NCBI RefSeq assembly: GCF_001194135.2 | Contig: NC_068993.1 | Span: 30,441,291 to 30,484,773, forward strand | Source: Octopus bimaculoides | Lineage: Eukaryota | Reading direction: 5' to 3' | Length of the DNA stretch: 43,483 nt | In this document: one piece after another, positions 1 to 10,949 of the stretch | Layout of the letters: every line of letters begins with the position of its first letter | Position numbering within the stretch: the stretch's first letter is position 1 | Translations under genes and position numbers: made by a program | The notes under the pieces: generated by a model | Database searches by the model: none | Told to the model about the DNA's origin: nothing | The model's input: the letters and a program-made list of their open reading frames with translations, nothing else

Positions 1-38
<38 letters not shown>

Positions 39-155
39 AATATATGTATGACTATCATACATTGGCAAACACGTAAAGCTACATCACACACCACGCGCGC
101 GCATGCACTTACAAACACACACACATACACACACACACATATACGCACGCACACA
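1..155. repeat. (TA)n followed by (CA)n microsatellites
   Basis: Direct: TA run 1-48, degenerate CA run ~113-155. Confidence 0.95.
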
Positions 156-1453
156 TAACATTGCAAAGCAATTCTAAATATCAGAAAAGACTAGACTAAA
201 AGATGAAACTCTGGATTGAGAGTTTGTTATATTTTGTTGTGTTGGTATACAGTTTAACATGTTTGTGTTTATTATATTTTCCCATCTTTCCACCAGCCCC
301 AGCAATAATGTCCAACTCTTTAGACTTTGTCCAAACCTCGGTACCCCTTTATAAACATCCATCCGCGCACAACAGAATATATGATATCGCTATATGAAAT
401 ATCAGGTGTACTGTTCTGTTCTTGTTTATCAATTGTTATTGTCATTGCGCAGAGATCGGTTGGCTCACATGCTGTTGAGACCTATGAGGAAAAGCGTTCC
501 AACAGTGACCATTCCATCGTGTTTTCTCATTCCTATTGTGTTATGACAACAATATGCAATGTGATCTTTCTCCTTTTTTGTGAAGAACACAGGACGTTGT
601 GATTTGAGGGAGATTTTGGCTGTTATTTCAAGCAGGTCGGCAACTGTTACGTAATGACGCACCTACTGAATCGTCGCTGTTTTTCTATTTACTATTTACC
701 ATTTATGAAATTTTGGAAGCATGAGTCCTTGATATTTGCAACCGATAAATCAAAGAAACTTCATAATAAGACCAAAAACTAAGCCTCTATAGAGATTTCT
801 TGCTTTAGCGACGACTTCTCTGTAGTTGTATCCCATGTCTACCAATAAACACAGCCGCTTGACTAGCCCACACCAAATGGCCTTACGTATCGATTCCCCT
901 AGCAGTGACACCAAGGTCATTTTATTTTACAACCAAGGGTGTAGGTTTTGCTTTCCAGACATTCCAACAAATATCCTGATAGCTGACGCTACTTTTCCTG
1001 TAACTAAAGTTCTGTGTAGACTACGGACTAATAACCCTAATATCATACGAAACACCAGAGAAGGCACAGTTCAACGTTTAAAATAGTGTTCCTATAGTGT
1101 TCAGTTTTGCTGTTAATTTTTTCTTGTAACACTAACTACCAGACACATGATCAACTCGCTCTGCTTTTCAACTTCATGAATACTACACGAATATTTATGT
1201 TCCCAAAGAGGCAAAATATAGCCCACTAAGTCATATGAAATGCATCAACTGGATATGGCCCTCAATAAACTTGAAAAGTTCCTTATTTAGCTTGTTTAAC
1301 ATATTAGATTGATATGGTTTTCCCAAAGTTCATGAAGGATATACGGCAGAAATCACACGGGAAATATGTCAAGGACAATCATGCAAGTATAGTAATTATG
1401 AGTGTGTAAACTGTAATGATAACCGAGATTGAATAAATATTTCGACCAAGATA

Positions 1454-1600
1454 TCACACACGCACACACGCACACACACACACACACGCTACAGACACAC
1501 ACACATACACACACACACACATACACACACATATATATAATGTGTGCGTATGTGTGTTTGTATGTGTATTTCTACATAAGTATATGCGTATATACATATA
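1454..1600. repeat. (CA)n/(TA)n/(TG)n compound microsatellite
   Basis: Direct; explains the His/Thr-rich ORF 1429-1623. Confidence 0.9.
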
Positions 1601-1714
1601 TATTGTTTCAAATCTGGAGTTAGAAGCAGCTCAGTCATGTAAACATTATCAATATCACATACTTAATTTATGTGTGTTGTTAAACGCTTGTAGCTTTAAA
1701 GACGTATAGACGTA

Positions 1715-1874
1715 TATACAATATAATCTATTTGCTGATATACAAACGCGCCGCACAATTAGAACAACACACGTATATAATGTATGTTTACATTATTCAG
1801 TTAGTTTTAGCGCAACAGTTGAATTTTTTACTTGTGCGGCGCTTTTACACATCAGCAAATAGACTATACTCTAT
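1715..1874. mobile_element. Small hairpin/MITE-like element (~46 bp imperfect inverted arms)
   Basis: Arm 1715-1761 (ATACAATATAATCTATTTGCTGATATACAAACGCGCCGCACAA) vs reverse complement of 1829-1874 (ATAGAGTATAGTCTATTTGCTGATGTGTAAAAGCGCCGCACAAG). Confidence 0.6.
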
Positions 1875-1929
1875 TTCTATATGCTTCTAACTGACTGTTG
1901 CAGATTCGTTTCGAAATTAGAGTGTGTAC

Positions 1930-1976
1930 ACAACACTGATGAGCAGAAAGCACTGCGAAATATCAATATATGTCGT
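1930..1976 (+). ncRNA. Type I minimal hammerhead ribozyme motif
   Basis: Core CTGATGA 1936-42; stem II GCAG/CTGC (1943-46/1953-56); GAAA 1957-60; stem III TAT/ATA with 2-nt loop; AUA cleavage triplet 1968-70; stem I ACAACA 1930-35 pairs with TGTCGT 1971-76 (5/6). Confidence 0.7.
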
Positions 1977-2125
1977 TCTCGTTTACTTCCGGTGCGATTT
2001 CGTTTCGCCTAACGTTGAAGTATACTACATTTTTAAACTCTATACGTCATTATTAGACGACCTCTGTTAGACGAAATATTGCAGCTACAAGCGTTCAGCA
2101 AGTCACATACATCAGTTATGTTATA

Positions 2126-2220
2126 CTGATTATATATATATATATATATGTACATATATATATATACATATATACATACATACATACATTCATACATACA
2201 TACATACATACATACATACA

Positions 2221-2255
<35 letters not shown>

Positions 2256-2368
2256 GTATAAATAAGACAGTGGTACAACAATACACCAATATTTACTGGA
2301 AACAGTAGTCGATAATATACGACACTATAGTAAAGCGCCACCGTATATATATATATATATATATATAT
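2126..2368. repeat. (TA)n/(TACA)n microsatellites around a short unique spacer
   Basis: Direct. Confidence 0.9.
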
Positions 2369-3031
2369 NNNNNNNNNNTGCAGACGGCAAACATCTTTGC
2401 AGACGGCAAACATAAAAAATTTCATCCTACCTGTAGGAAGAACATTAAATATATGTACAACCCAGATGTGGATAATCTAGGACCTAGGTTTCGAAATTTT
2501 CAAATTACTGATTAGTTCTCATTGGCTACATTCACCTTGACAAAATCTCAAATGTCACTACATCAATATCAGTATATACTCGTCAGAAACACCTAGCCGC
2601 TAACAGACCGAAACTAGTGAAAATGTTTTCAAAGAAAAAATTATTAAATAGTGCAATACAGTAGAATTGCTTCCCAGTAAAACAAAGCACCATCGGGTTA
2701 AAGTATAAATAAGATAGTGAATGCACCAAAATTTACGGGAAATAGAAGTCGATAATATATATACAGGCAAATATGTCTGCGAGTGACGAACATAAAAAAA
2801 TTTCATTTTACCTGTTGGAAGAATATTAAATAAATGTACAACCCAGATGTGGATAATCTAGGACCTAGGTTTCTAACTTTCAAATTACGTTTGTTAACGT
2901 AAATTTGATGAGTTCTCATTGGCTAGATTCACCTAGACAAAATCTCAAATGTCGCTACATCAATTCCAGTATATACCCGTCTGAAACGCCTAGCCGTTAA
3001 CAGACCGAAAACAGTGAAGAAGTTTTCAAAG

Positions 3032-3035
<4 letters not shown>
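2255..3035 (+). repeat. Tandem duplication, two diverged units of ~340-400 bp
   Basis: Shared blocks such as TGTACAACCCAGATGTGGATAATCTAGGACCTAGGTTTC (~2455 and ~2835) and GACAAAATCTCAAATGTC...AACAGACCGAAA..GTGAA...TTTTCAAAGAAA; unit 1 ~2255-2640, unit 2 ~2702-3035. Confidence 0.85.
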
Positions 3036-3084
<49 letters not shown>

Positions 3085-4169
3085 TATAGTCGAAAAGTAG
3101 AAAATTACACTCAAAGAAGAAAACTCCGGTGCTGGATAAATATTTCAACTAAGGATATACGTGTCATAAATACATATTTATCTCACGTAATTACGATAAA
3201 TAAGATCCATTTAATGACTTGATTACTTGCTATTAGAATTCTAATAATAATCCTTAATTGTTTTCCACTTGAGTTGATTGATGCTGCTACATGCCTTACT
3301 AAATAATATCAAATATTTTAAGTTAGAATAGAAACCGTGAGAGGAATTCATTATCGAGACCTTACAGCTTTTGACAAGGGCTCATCATGTTTTAACAGTT
3401 TTATCTGAGTTTTTACTGAGCCACCTGGTTCACCTTCATCTTCCTGAGGTGTGTGCGATATTGTTATTGAAATGTAGAAATGAGTTTGCATGCTACATTA
3501 ATGGTCTGTGTTGTGTTGTTGGTGTTGTGTGTTTTAGAGTTATATATCTATAGAGTCTATGATGTGAGGGTCGTGTTAGACATGGACGACAACCATGTAG
3601 AATGGAACTATATGAAATTGTTGTCGAGTGTCGTGTGTCAATTATGCGAGAGAATGTGCTATGTTAGTTTATTGGGTGGTGATTGTAAAGAGCATTTTCT
3701 GTGACATATTGTTTTGAGATGGGGTCACTCCATAGAGTTTTTATTTCACAGAGTAGTGGTTGTGTAGAGTATGTGTAGTTAGCAGAGCGCCTACTGTTTT
3801 AAATGTAGTATTGAATTGGAATCGTGTTCATTAGGGTGTCAGCTGTATCTAACAATACAACTTATTGCACAATGTATAATATTGTGAACTCTGGTATAGT
3901 TTGTACGGTTTTGTTCATATTTTTGTTACCATCCCTACTGTGTTAATTTAATGACGTTGGTATTGTGTTCACTCTCATGTCACACTTACTGTTTATTTCA
4001 GTTTCTTTGTAGTCTGATAGCTTCTGCTACTTTTCCTGGTCAGTGCCTTGGTCAGAGAGGAGCAACATCTTTATCAGAATAGCAGCAGTATATTTCTCTC
4101 CCCTTAATCATTATATTCAGGTGGTGCCGCATTCATCTCATTATCATTAATACTATCATTGAAAATAGT

Positions 4170-4172
4170 AGA

Positions 4173-4205
<33 letters not shown>

Positions 4206-4414
4206 AATAGTTCTAAATTTTAGCATAGGACCAGCAAGTTTCGGAAAGGGTATAAGTCGATTATATCAGCCCCAACCGTTTACTTAAGAATCGACCCCCT
4301 AAAGAATGAAAGGCAAAGTCAACCTTGGTGGAATTTGAACTCTGAACTTAACGACGAACTAAATGCCGCTAAACACTTTACCCGGCGTGCTAACGATTCT
4401 GTCAGCTCGCCGCC
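4170..4414 (-). mobile_element. tRNA-derived SINE, family A, with (AAT/TTA)n tail
   Basis: On the minus strand: A-box-like TGACAGAATCG, B-box GTTCAAATTCC, body GGTTGACTTTGCCTTTCATTC; simple-repeat tail 4170-4210; many other copies in the window. Confidence 0.85.
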
Positions 4415-4434
4415 TTAACAACAATATTAATAAT

Positions 4435-4622
4435 AATCCTTTCTACTATAAGAACAAGACTTGAAATATTTGAGGTGGTGGTAAATCGAATATATCGATC
4501 CTAGTGCTCTAACTGGTATTTATTTCATCGACCTCGAAGGATGAAGGGCAAAGTCGATCACAGTAGAATCTGAGCTTAGAACATAGAGACGGACGAAATG
4601 CTGCTAACGATTTTGCCAGCTC
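4435..4622 (-). mobile_element. tRNA-derived SINE, family A (second tandem copy)
   Basis: GAGCTGGCAAAATCGTTAGCAGC head; body homologous to the 4170-4414 copy. Confidence 0.8.
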
Positions 4623-4669
4623 ATTACCTTCTTTAATAATGGTGGGAAGGAATCAAAGAAAACTGACTA

Positions 4670-4852
4670 TAGGCACAAGTGTGGCTGTGGGGTAAGAATC
4701 TTGCTTCCCAACCACATGGTTCTGGGTTCAGTCCTACTGCGTGGCACTTTGGGAAAGTGTGTTCTACTATAGCCTCGGACCGACCAAAGCCTTCTGAATG
4801 GATTTGGTAGACGGAAACTGAAAGAAGCCCATCGTATATATATATATATATG

Positions 4853-4892
<40 letters not shown>

Positions 4893-5110
4893 GGTGACTT
4901 TGTGTCTGTGTTTGTCCCTCATCGCCGCTTGACAACCGGCGTTGGTTGGTGTGTTTACGTCCCCGTAACATAGCGGTCCGGCTAAAGAGACCGATGGAAT
5001 AAGTACTAAGCTTTAAAAACGTCCTGGGATCAATTTATTCGACTAAGACGCTTCAAGGCAGTGCTCCAGCATGGCCACAGTCAAATCACTGAAACAAGTA
5101 AATGAATAAA
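4670..5110 (+). mobile_element. tRNA-derived SINE, family B, with internal (TA)/(TG) microsatellite
   Basis: Head GTGGCTGTGGGGTAAG...GGTTCAGTCC; body CTACTATAGCCTCGGACCGACCAAAG...GACGGAAACTGAAAGAAGCCC; 3' GCATGGCCACAGTCAAATCACTGAAACAAGTAA; close copy at 30654-31005. Confidence 0.85.
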
Positions 5111-6810
5111 AAATATATAATAAAGAAATGAAAATTAGGTGTCCAAACACTGATAAACATTTTGGTCCCTTAAGATAAGAAGGGAGAAGGCGAGGAGAAA
5201 CTTTCAAATTACAAGGACCTCAAAATAATGCGATAAAAAATATATACGGATGTGTTTATCTGCTCCACCTCACATTTAATTTCTAGTTCACAGTTTTTCT
5301 CAAAACAATCAAAGACCTGATGGAACAATAAAACGAACTGAAGGAAGACAAAGAAAGTAACAATAATGTTTTGGTTGAGGATTATAGACTGAAATTTTGT
5401 AGAATATCTCAAAATGCTAGAGTACTATGGAAAAGGCACACAGGCAGTGTATAAAGTCACAGACATTTTCGGATAAAGCAGTTTCGTGCAGAGCAATTTC
5501 GTGCAGTTTCAAGCGACCACTACAATGTGCTGCTCTGGCAGACCTATACTAACTAATGGTGTCTCACTCTTGTGTGGTTGGGTAACTCGAACATGTTTTT
5601 ACTTTAATATTATATCTTGTTTAATTATTGTGTGTTTTATGTAAATTTCTATTTACTCTGTTTTTATCAAATTTTAATAAGTTCACTGTATAATATTTGC
5701 ACCCCTCCCCTCGATTTTATATAACTTCATCGTGTCCGGTCCCACTTATTTTGTAGCCTTCCATCCAGGTTTTAACGTTTATTAAATGTGTAAGTCCTTG
5801 AGGATAATAAAGAACAATTATTATTATTGTTATTATCATTGTTATTGTAATAATTTATATTTTATGCTGGAAGACATCTAACCTACTCAGACGTCATTTT
5901 TTCCTCGGAGCGAAATATTTTTACTATGCGGAATATAGTTATACTTAGATTACTGGCAAAGTGATTGATTCGGAAAGTCTGGAGTCTATTTATGTAGGAT
6001 CTAGACAAAGAGCAACAGTAACAATCGTTGTTTCCTTAAGACAAATTTGATGTCTTTTTCACACTGACTACAAATATGGCTAGGAAAATTCCAAGTTACA
6101 CTCTTCAAAAGAATAAAAGAGGAACGAATATTCACGTGCACAGGAAACGTAAGAAAGATCCAGAAAACATTGAACACAAAGAGACGAGATACAACAGAAA
6201 AATATATATGAATGACAATTATGTTGAGAGCATTGCTAATGTAAACAATACTAGTTTCAGTGCTCAACAACATTATCTCTCTCCCTCTCCTTCAATCTCC
6301 CCCCTCTCTCTCTCTCGTACCAAACTAAAATACTAAAACGTTAGATATGAGTTCAGTTTTGTCTGTGTGATAAGTCAAACGGGGACCCGAAAATAAAGAA
6401 TTTTCTCTAGTAAAGGAAGACTACTGCGCGAGACAAGTTATTTTTGTCTTAATAACATATACTACAACGAGCAAAATATAAATTTCCTCATGATTTTTTA
6501 AGAGCAATTGGAAAAGACTTACAGGTTTTATCTGGTGAAATTCTCTCATTTGATCTTAGTAAGGCATATTGAACGGTATGCAGTATTTTTAGTACAGAGA
6601 ACTTGGCCTCAAATTAGGCTACCCATACACTCGCTCTCCACTGTCTGAGGAAAAAAAATACAACAGCTCAGTCGTTATACTTGTGTCAGTAAAAACCTCG
6701 TGAGGACATTTTACGTTGAAGAGTTGAAAATGTTAGAAAAGCGAAGATAAAGTCAAGACTGAGAACAACAGAGGCAGCAAGACCCATTTTCGGATCTTTT
6801 CGTTTTGGCC

Positions 6811-7816
6811 GGCACATTTAAAAAATAATTTTTTGTAACTAAACACTTTCAAACTTCGTATACTGGTAGAATGTGTCACATAAAACGTCATTTACTCTTA
6901 GCGTGTTTGAGAAAATTGTGTATTTTCGAAGTTATTTCGTGTTAAAGATGTCGTATTTCGGTAATTTCAACCAATCAATGACGTCTATTGAGGTGAAAAC
7001 AGTTACTGCTGTTGTTTGTCAACAACAACTTCCGGTGGTGTATATTTCGTTTGTCACTGTTATTTATGACATATTTCATCTCAGTTACGTTTGTATGAAT
7101 AAACGAGTGTATCTGAAGCATGTTTACTTCATGGCACCACCACAATCGTTCGTGCATTTATACGGCTTTTAGTTTTTTATTCCTGTTTTTTCAGCTACTA
7201 TTATTGGATAGACATTTTTGCCCCCTCCCCCACCATTTCTTCATTTTTCACATTTTTTCGTAACTCTAACGCTAAAATCCCAACCCTAACCGTAACCCTA
7301 AAACCTTAACCCTAACCCTAAAACCTCAACCCTAACCCTAACTCTAAACCCCTAACCCTAACTCTAATACACTAACCCTAAACCTAAAACCCTAACCCTA
7401 ACTCTAAAACCCTATCCCTGAGCCTAAAACCCTAACCCTAACCCTAAAACCCTATCCCTGACCCTAAAACTCTAACCCTAACCCTAACTCTAAAACCCGA
7501 ACCCTAACCCTAACCTTAAATCCCTAAAGCTAAAACCAGTACAAACGCACGAACGATGTCATAAATAACAGTGACAAACGAAATATACACCGCCGATAGT
7601 TGTTGTTGACAAGCAACGGCAGTAATTTTATTCAGCTGAATACACGTCATTGATTGGTTAAAATTATCAAAATACGACAACTTTAACACGAAATAACTTT
7701 TAAAATATAAACTTTTCTCAACAACACTAAGAGTAAAAGATGTTTTATATGACACATTCTACCAGTGTCCGAAGTTTGAAAGTGTTTAGTTACAAAATTT
7801 AATTTCTCGATGTGCC
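6811..7816. mobile_element. Foldback/long-TIR non-autonomous element with central telomere-like array
   Basis: Termini GGCACAT (6811-17) and ATGTGCC (7810-16). Arms ~6811-7175 and ~7528-7816 are inverted homologues, so ORFs 6873-7172(+) and 7516-7755(-) give near-identical peptides. The left arm has an extra ~75 bp (7073-7146). Confidence 0.85.
7265..7530 (+). repeat. Interstitial degenerate (CCCTAA)n array with ~20-nt higher-order unit
   Basis: Direct: repeated AACCCT hexamers with recurrent AAAACCCTAACCCTAACTCT-type 8+6+6 units. Confidence 0.9.
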
Positions 7817-8871
7817 ATTCAAAGGGGAAAGATCCCCATTTTCTAATACGCCTTTAATCACAGCTTCAAACATGGTAGATAATTTTCCGGATATCATTTT
7901 GCATCCGATGCTGGAAACAAATAAACAACCTATCTGTAGCAAACACCATTGGCACCTTATCTTCTCGTGGTCAGCATGAGATAGAGGAGTACCAAGAAGA
8001 ATTACCACCGAATGTACAAAAGGACAAAATCAAGGAAAACTTTAAAAAAGAAGAAGAGTGGTTTCTAACAAGAGACAACGGAAAGTCTTTTTTATGAGAA
8101 AATAAGTGTTACTAGAGAGCTTTCTGAGAAGCTTGTAAAGTGGAAAGAGAAAGGAAGATAACAAAGGCGGCAGAGGCAAAGCAGAGTCAGCAATACTAGC
8201 AGAGGCACCCACGTGCTACTGTTTCCAAAACATCACCTGTTACAGCTGAAGCTGAAGCTGACAATCAGGAAAATTATAAATCCTCTCTCAATAATACAAC
8301 TCCATCGTCTTGTGATAATGGAGAGAGAGAGAAACGATATAAGAAAGCTAATGGATCCCGAAACCAAAGTGTAGCTGAAACGATATATGAAAAGAATCCT
8401 GCTCCTAACGAAGACTGGTGAATGAAAATCATGAGCCTGAAATCAAAGGTGTTCTGAAATGTAGTAATGAAGACGGTCTTTTGTTTGTGGGAGGAGAAAA
8501 AGGGCAGGATTTTGAGCAATATTCAAACGATGCATTTTTATTGAAAATTAGCACCATAAAACAGTCATTCCCGGTGGATGTTGCATTCTACGAAGAAAAT
8601 ATTCAGTTGTATCTCGGTGTATCAATTTCCAAGAATGATTGGCAGACAGTCAAGTTAATTGAGTGTGTTGACCCAACTTAGTTAATTGTTTGTCACCCAT
8701 GTGGGTGGAGAGTAACCCTATTCGTTTTCAACTTTCTTTAGATTATATCTTTTGTTAATTATAACGATGGTTTTTACATTATCATCTAATCAAACCTAAT
8801 AAATATGTTTATATATTTAAAATATGGTGTAATTACTTTGATCTTTACCTTGGTTTTATATAAGTGAAGAA

Positions 8872-9180
8872 GGCGCGTAGCCTGGTGATTAGGATGCAGC
8901 ACTCACGTTCTCAACTTCATGGTTTCGATTCCAAAACCGGCTGTGTGTTGTGTTCTTGAGTAAACTTCATTTGACGTTGTTCCATTCCACTCAGCTGCAA
9001 ATGGGTAACTTTCCAATGGATTTACGTTCAATGCTGGGATGGTGATTCAGGAAAATCATCCGAGTGGATTTCTTGCGAACCACGTTTTGTGTTCAACGAT
9101 GGAAAGGATGAATAGTACCGCCAGTACTGTGAATGATGACTGGTTGAGATTGGTTGTTCAACCACGTCGAAGGATGGTCT
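8872..9180 (+). mobile_element. tRNA-derived SINE, family C
   Basis: GGCGCGTAGCCTGGTGATTAGG A-box, GGTTTCGATTCC B-box, then GTGTTCTTGAG...CCACTCAGCTGCAAATGGGTA central domain. Confidence 0.7.
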
Positions 9181-9414
9181 CACACACACACAGACATTCA
9201 CACACACACACACACATATATATCTATATAAAATGAACTGTTTCTACTTCAAATTTTTTATGAATTCTTACTGATATTTGATAAGATGACATTCATCATC
9301 GAAACTAGTAATGTTTTCTTCATACAACTTTTGAATCATTTCATTAAATTCCTTCTTAAATTTATTTCTGTGCTATTTCCACCTCCATCTTTTATTAACA
9401 TCGATTTGTATAGA

Positions 9415-9834
9415 TCTCTACAGTGTGCCAAGTAAAGGTAGCTTCAGACAGAAGCAGCACAAATATCATAACATTAATGCCAACACAGGGACGCACACTA
9501 AAATTTATGTCGGATCTTGTGATCTAAATTTAAAGTTCGCTTGAACAACCACAAATCTTCTTTCAGGGTCCCGAAGAGACACAACACAACAACACTCGCA
9601 GCATACGTATGGCACCTAAAAGACGATCATACGCCCTTTAACATTAGGTAGAAATTACTGGAAACGTGTGGACCCTATCGTAATGGAACAAGACTGTTTA
9701 AATTGTGTATGGCAGAACGATATATTATCCTCATGAAGTTACACGAGTCAGGAGGCTTCCTGAACACCAGGACGGAAGCTGTGGGGAGTTGTCATCATTT
9801 TTGGAAATGTTTACTTCATAACTGGAATATCTAG
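9415..9834 (+). mobile_element. Penelope-like element (Neptune-type) GIY-YIG endonuclease 3' fragment
   Basis: Translation with one frameshift and one stop: KIYVGSCDLN/FKVRLNNHKSSFRVPKRHNTTTLAAYVWHLKDDHTPFNIR*KLLETCGPYRNGTRLFKLCMAERYIILMKLHESGGFLNTRTEAVGSCHHF. This matches the YxG..FKxRxxNH..W.LK..W..PY..CxLC..LNxRxE..CxH pattern. Confidence 0.85.
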
Positions 9835-9950
9835 CTACCAAGCGAAGGAAGACAACTCGCCCGGCCATAATTTTTTAAGAGGAATATTTCTTGAACTATC
9901 ATCGACGTTCTTGTGTTTAAAAAAAACATTCTCTGCAGAGAACGGTTATC

Positions 9951-10017
9951 GTTTAGGAAAACTGAAGAAATGTCTAGTTCACGCTAGATATGAAACCAAT
10001 GGTTTTTTTTTCTAAAC
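9951..10017 (+). ncRNA. Type I hammerhead ribozyme motif in the 3' UTR/pseudo-LTR of the Penelope fragment
   Basis: Stem I GTTTAGGAAAA (9951-61) pairs with T-run+CTAAAC (to 10017); core CTGAAGA 9962-68 plus one extra A; stem II ATGTCTAG/CTAGATAT (8 bp); GAAA 9992-95; stem III CC-AAT-GG; GUU triplet. Confidence 0.7.
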
Positions 10018-10098
10018 TATTNNNNNNNNNNATAATAATAATAATTATTAATTTTGAAAGGAATGAGACCTCGATTTTAGATCAATAGAGGACTATTT

Positions 10099-10707
10099 AT
10101 ATATGTTATAATTTAGAACAAACAGTAAAAGGTTGTCATTATAGTACTCGGAGTTTCGAATGTCGGAGTGAAGAGCTACGATACATTCTCGTAGGCTATT
10201 AATGGCAACTGACGCTATGAAAAACCGTTGAATAAAGGGGGAGTTACTCTAACAAATAGAAAAACAGAAAAAAGAAAAAAAATGCACGCAACCATATTCT
10301 CATAATACATAGACATAAACCTCCTGCGTTCACAACGTCACATACGTACACACTCACACAAACCTGTGTGTGGATATGTGTGTATGTATGAGTATGTACA
10401 TACATATATGTTTGTGTGTGTGTATGTGTACGTATGTATACATGTTTATGTAAGTGTGTATGTATGTAGACGTTGTGAACGCAGGATGTTTCTGTTTATG
10501 TATTGTGAGAATATGGTTGCATTCATTTTTTCGTTTTTTTCTTTTTCTACCTATGAGAGAAATTTTCCTTTTATTCAACGGTTTTTCATAGCGTCAGTTG
10601 CCATTAATAACCTACGAGAATGTATCGTAGTTCTTCACTCCGACATTCGAAACTCCGAGTACTATAATGACAACCTTTTACTGTTTGTTCTAAATTATAA
10701 CATATAT
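10099..10707. mobile_element. Foldback MITE (~610 bp, ~250 bp inverted arms) in a TA/TG-repeat context
   Basis: 10099-10346 is the reverse complement of 10462-10707; outer ~138 bp differ at only 2 positions by eye; centre is a degenerate TG/TA repeat. Confidence 0.9.
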
Positions 10708-10719
10708 GTGTGTGTGTGT

Positions 10720-10794
<75 letters not shown>

Positions 10795-10812
10795 TGCGTA
10801 TAAGTATGTGTG
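10706..10812. repeat. (TG)n microsatellite
   Basis: Direct. Confidence 0.95.
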
Positions 10813-10949
10813 TGTTTTGTAAGTCTTCACATTTTTTTGCTTTCTTTTAGTAATGAGTCTATGTATGAATACTACCTGGTGGCAACATATCACGAAAAAA
10901 GGTAGAATAATTATTAATAAATTGAGAAGTAGATAGTCTGAACTCCGAT

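Larger units (their letters stand above)
5880..8430 (+). pseudogene. Highly decayed pogo-like (DDE_1-type) transposase, interrupted by the 6811-7816 element
   Basis: Fragmentary motifs in the expected order: FYYAEYSYT*ITGKVI (~5920; cf. IYNxDETG..KVI); YVGSRQRATVTIVV (5991-6030; cf. SxERGxxVT); D..VF/FWPFK rebuilt across the insertion (cf. PLDxxxFGPFK); RGKAESAILAEAP (8172-8210; cf. KSAILTxTP); NEDW (~8410, start of a PHD-like tail). Many stops and frameshifts. Confidence 0.45.

Noticed and set aside
174-1086. Short ORFs with faint integrase- or RT-like words
   Set aside because: No motif set could be placed in consistent order or frame.
3366-3443. Possible 78-nt minus-strand exon EDEGEPGGSVKTQIKLLKHDEPLSKA
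   Set aside because: Poor polypyrimidine tract, no recognisable homology, no partner exons.
7265-7530. True telomere or chromosome-fusion scar
   Set aside because: The array is short, degenerate, single-orientation and enclosed by an element's inverted arms.
8418-8681. 87-aa ORF with a protein-like composition
   Set aside because: No ATG context, splice partner or motif support; it lies at the decayed tail of the pogo-like relic.
10354-10893. His/Thr- or Val/Cys/Tyr-rich ORFs here and at 1429, 2033, 17039, 23436, 31366 and 40504
   Set aside because: Translations of dinucleotide and tetranucleotide microsatellites.
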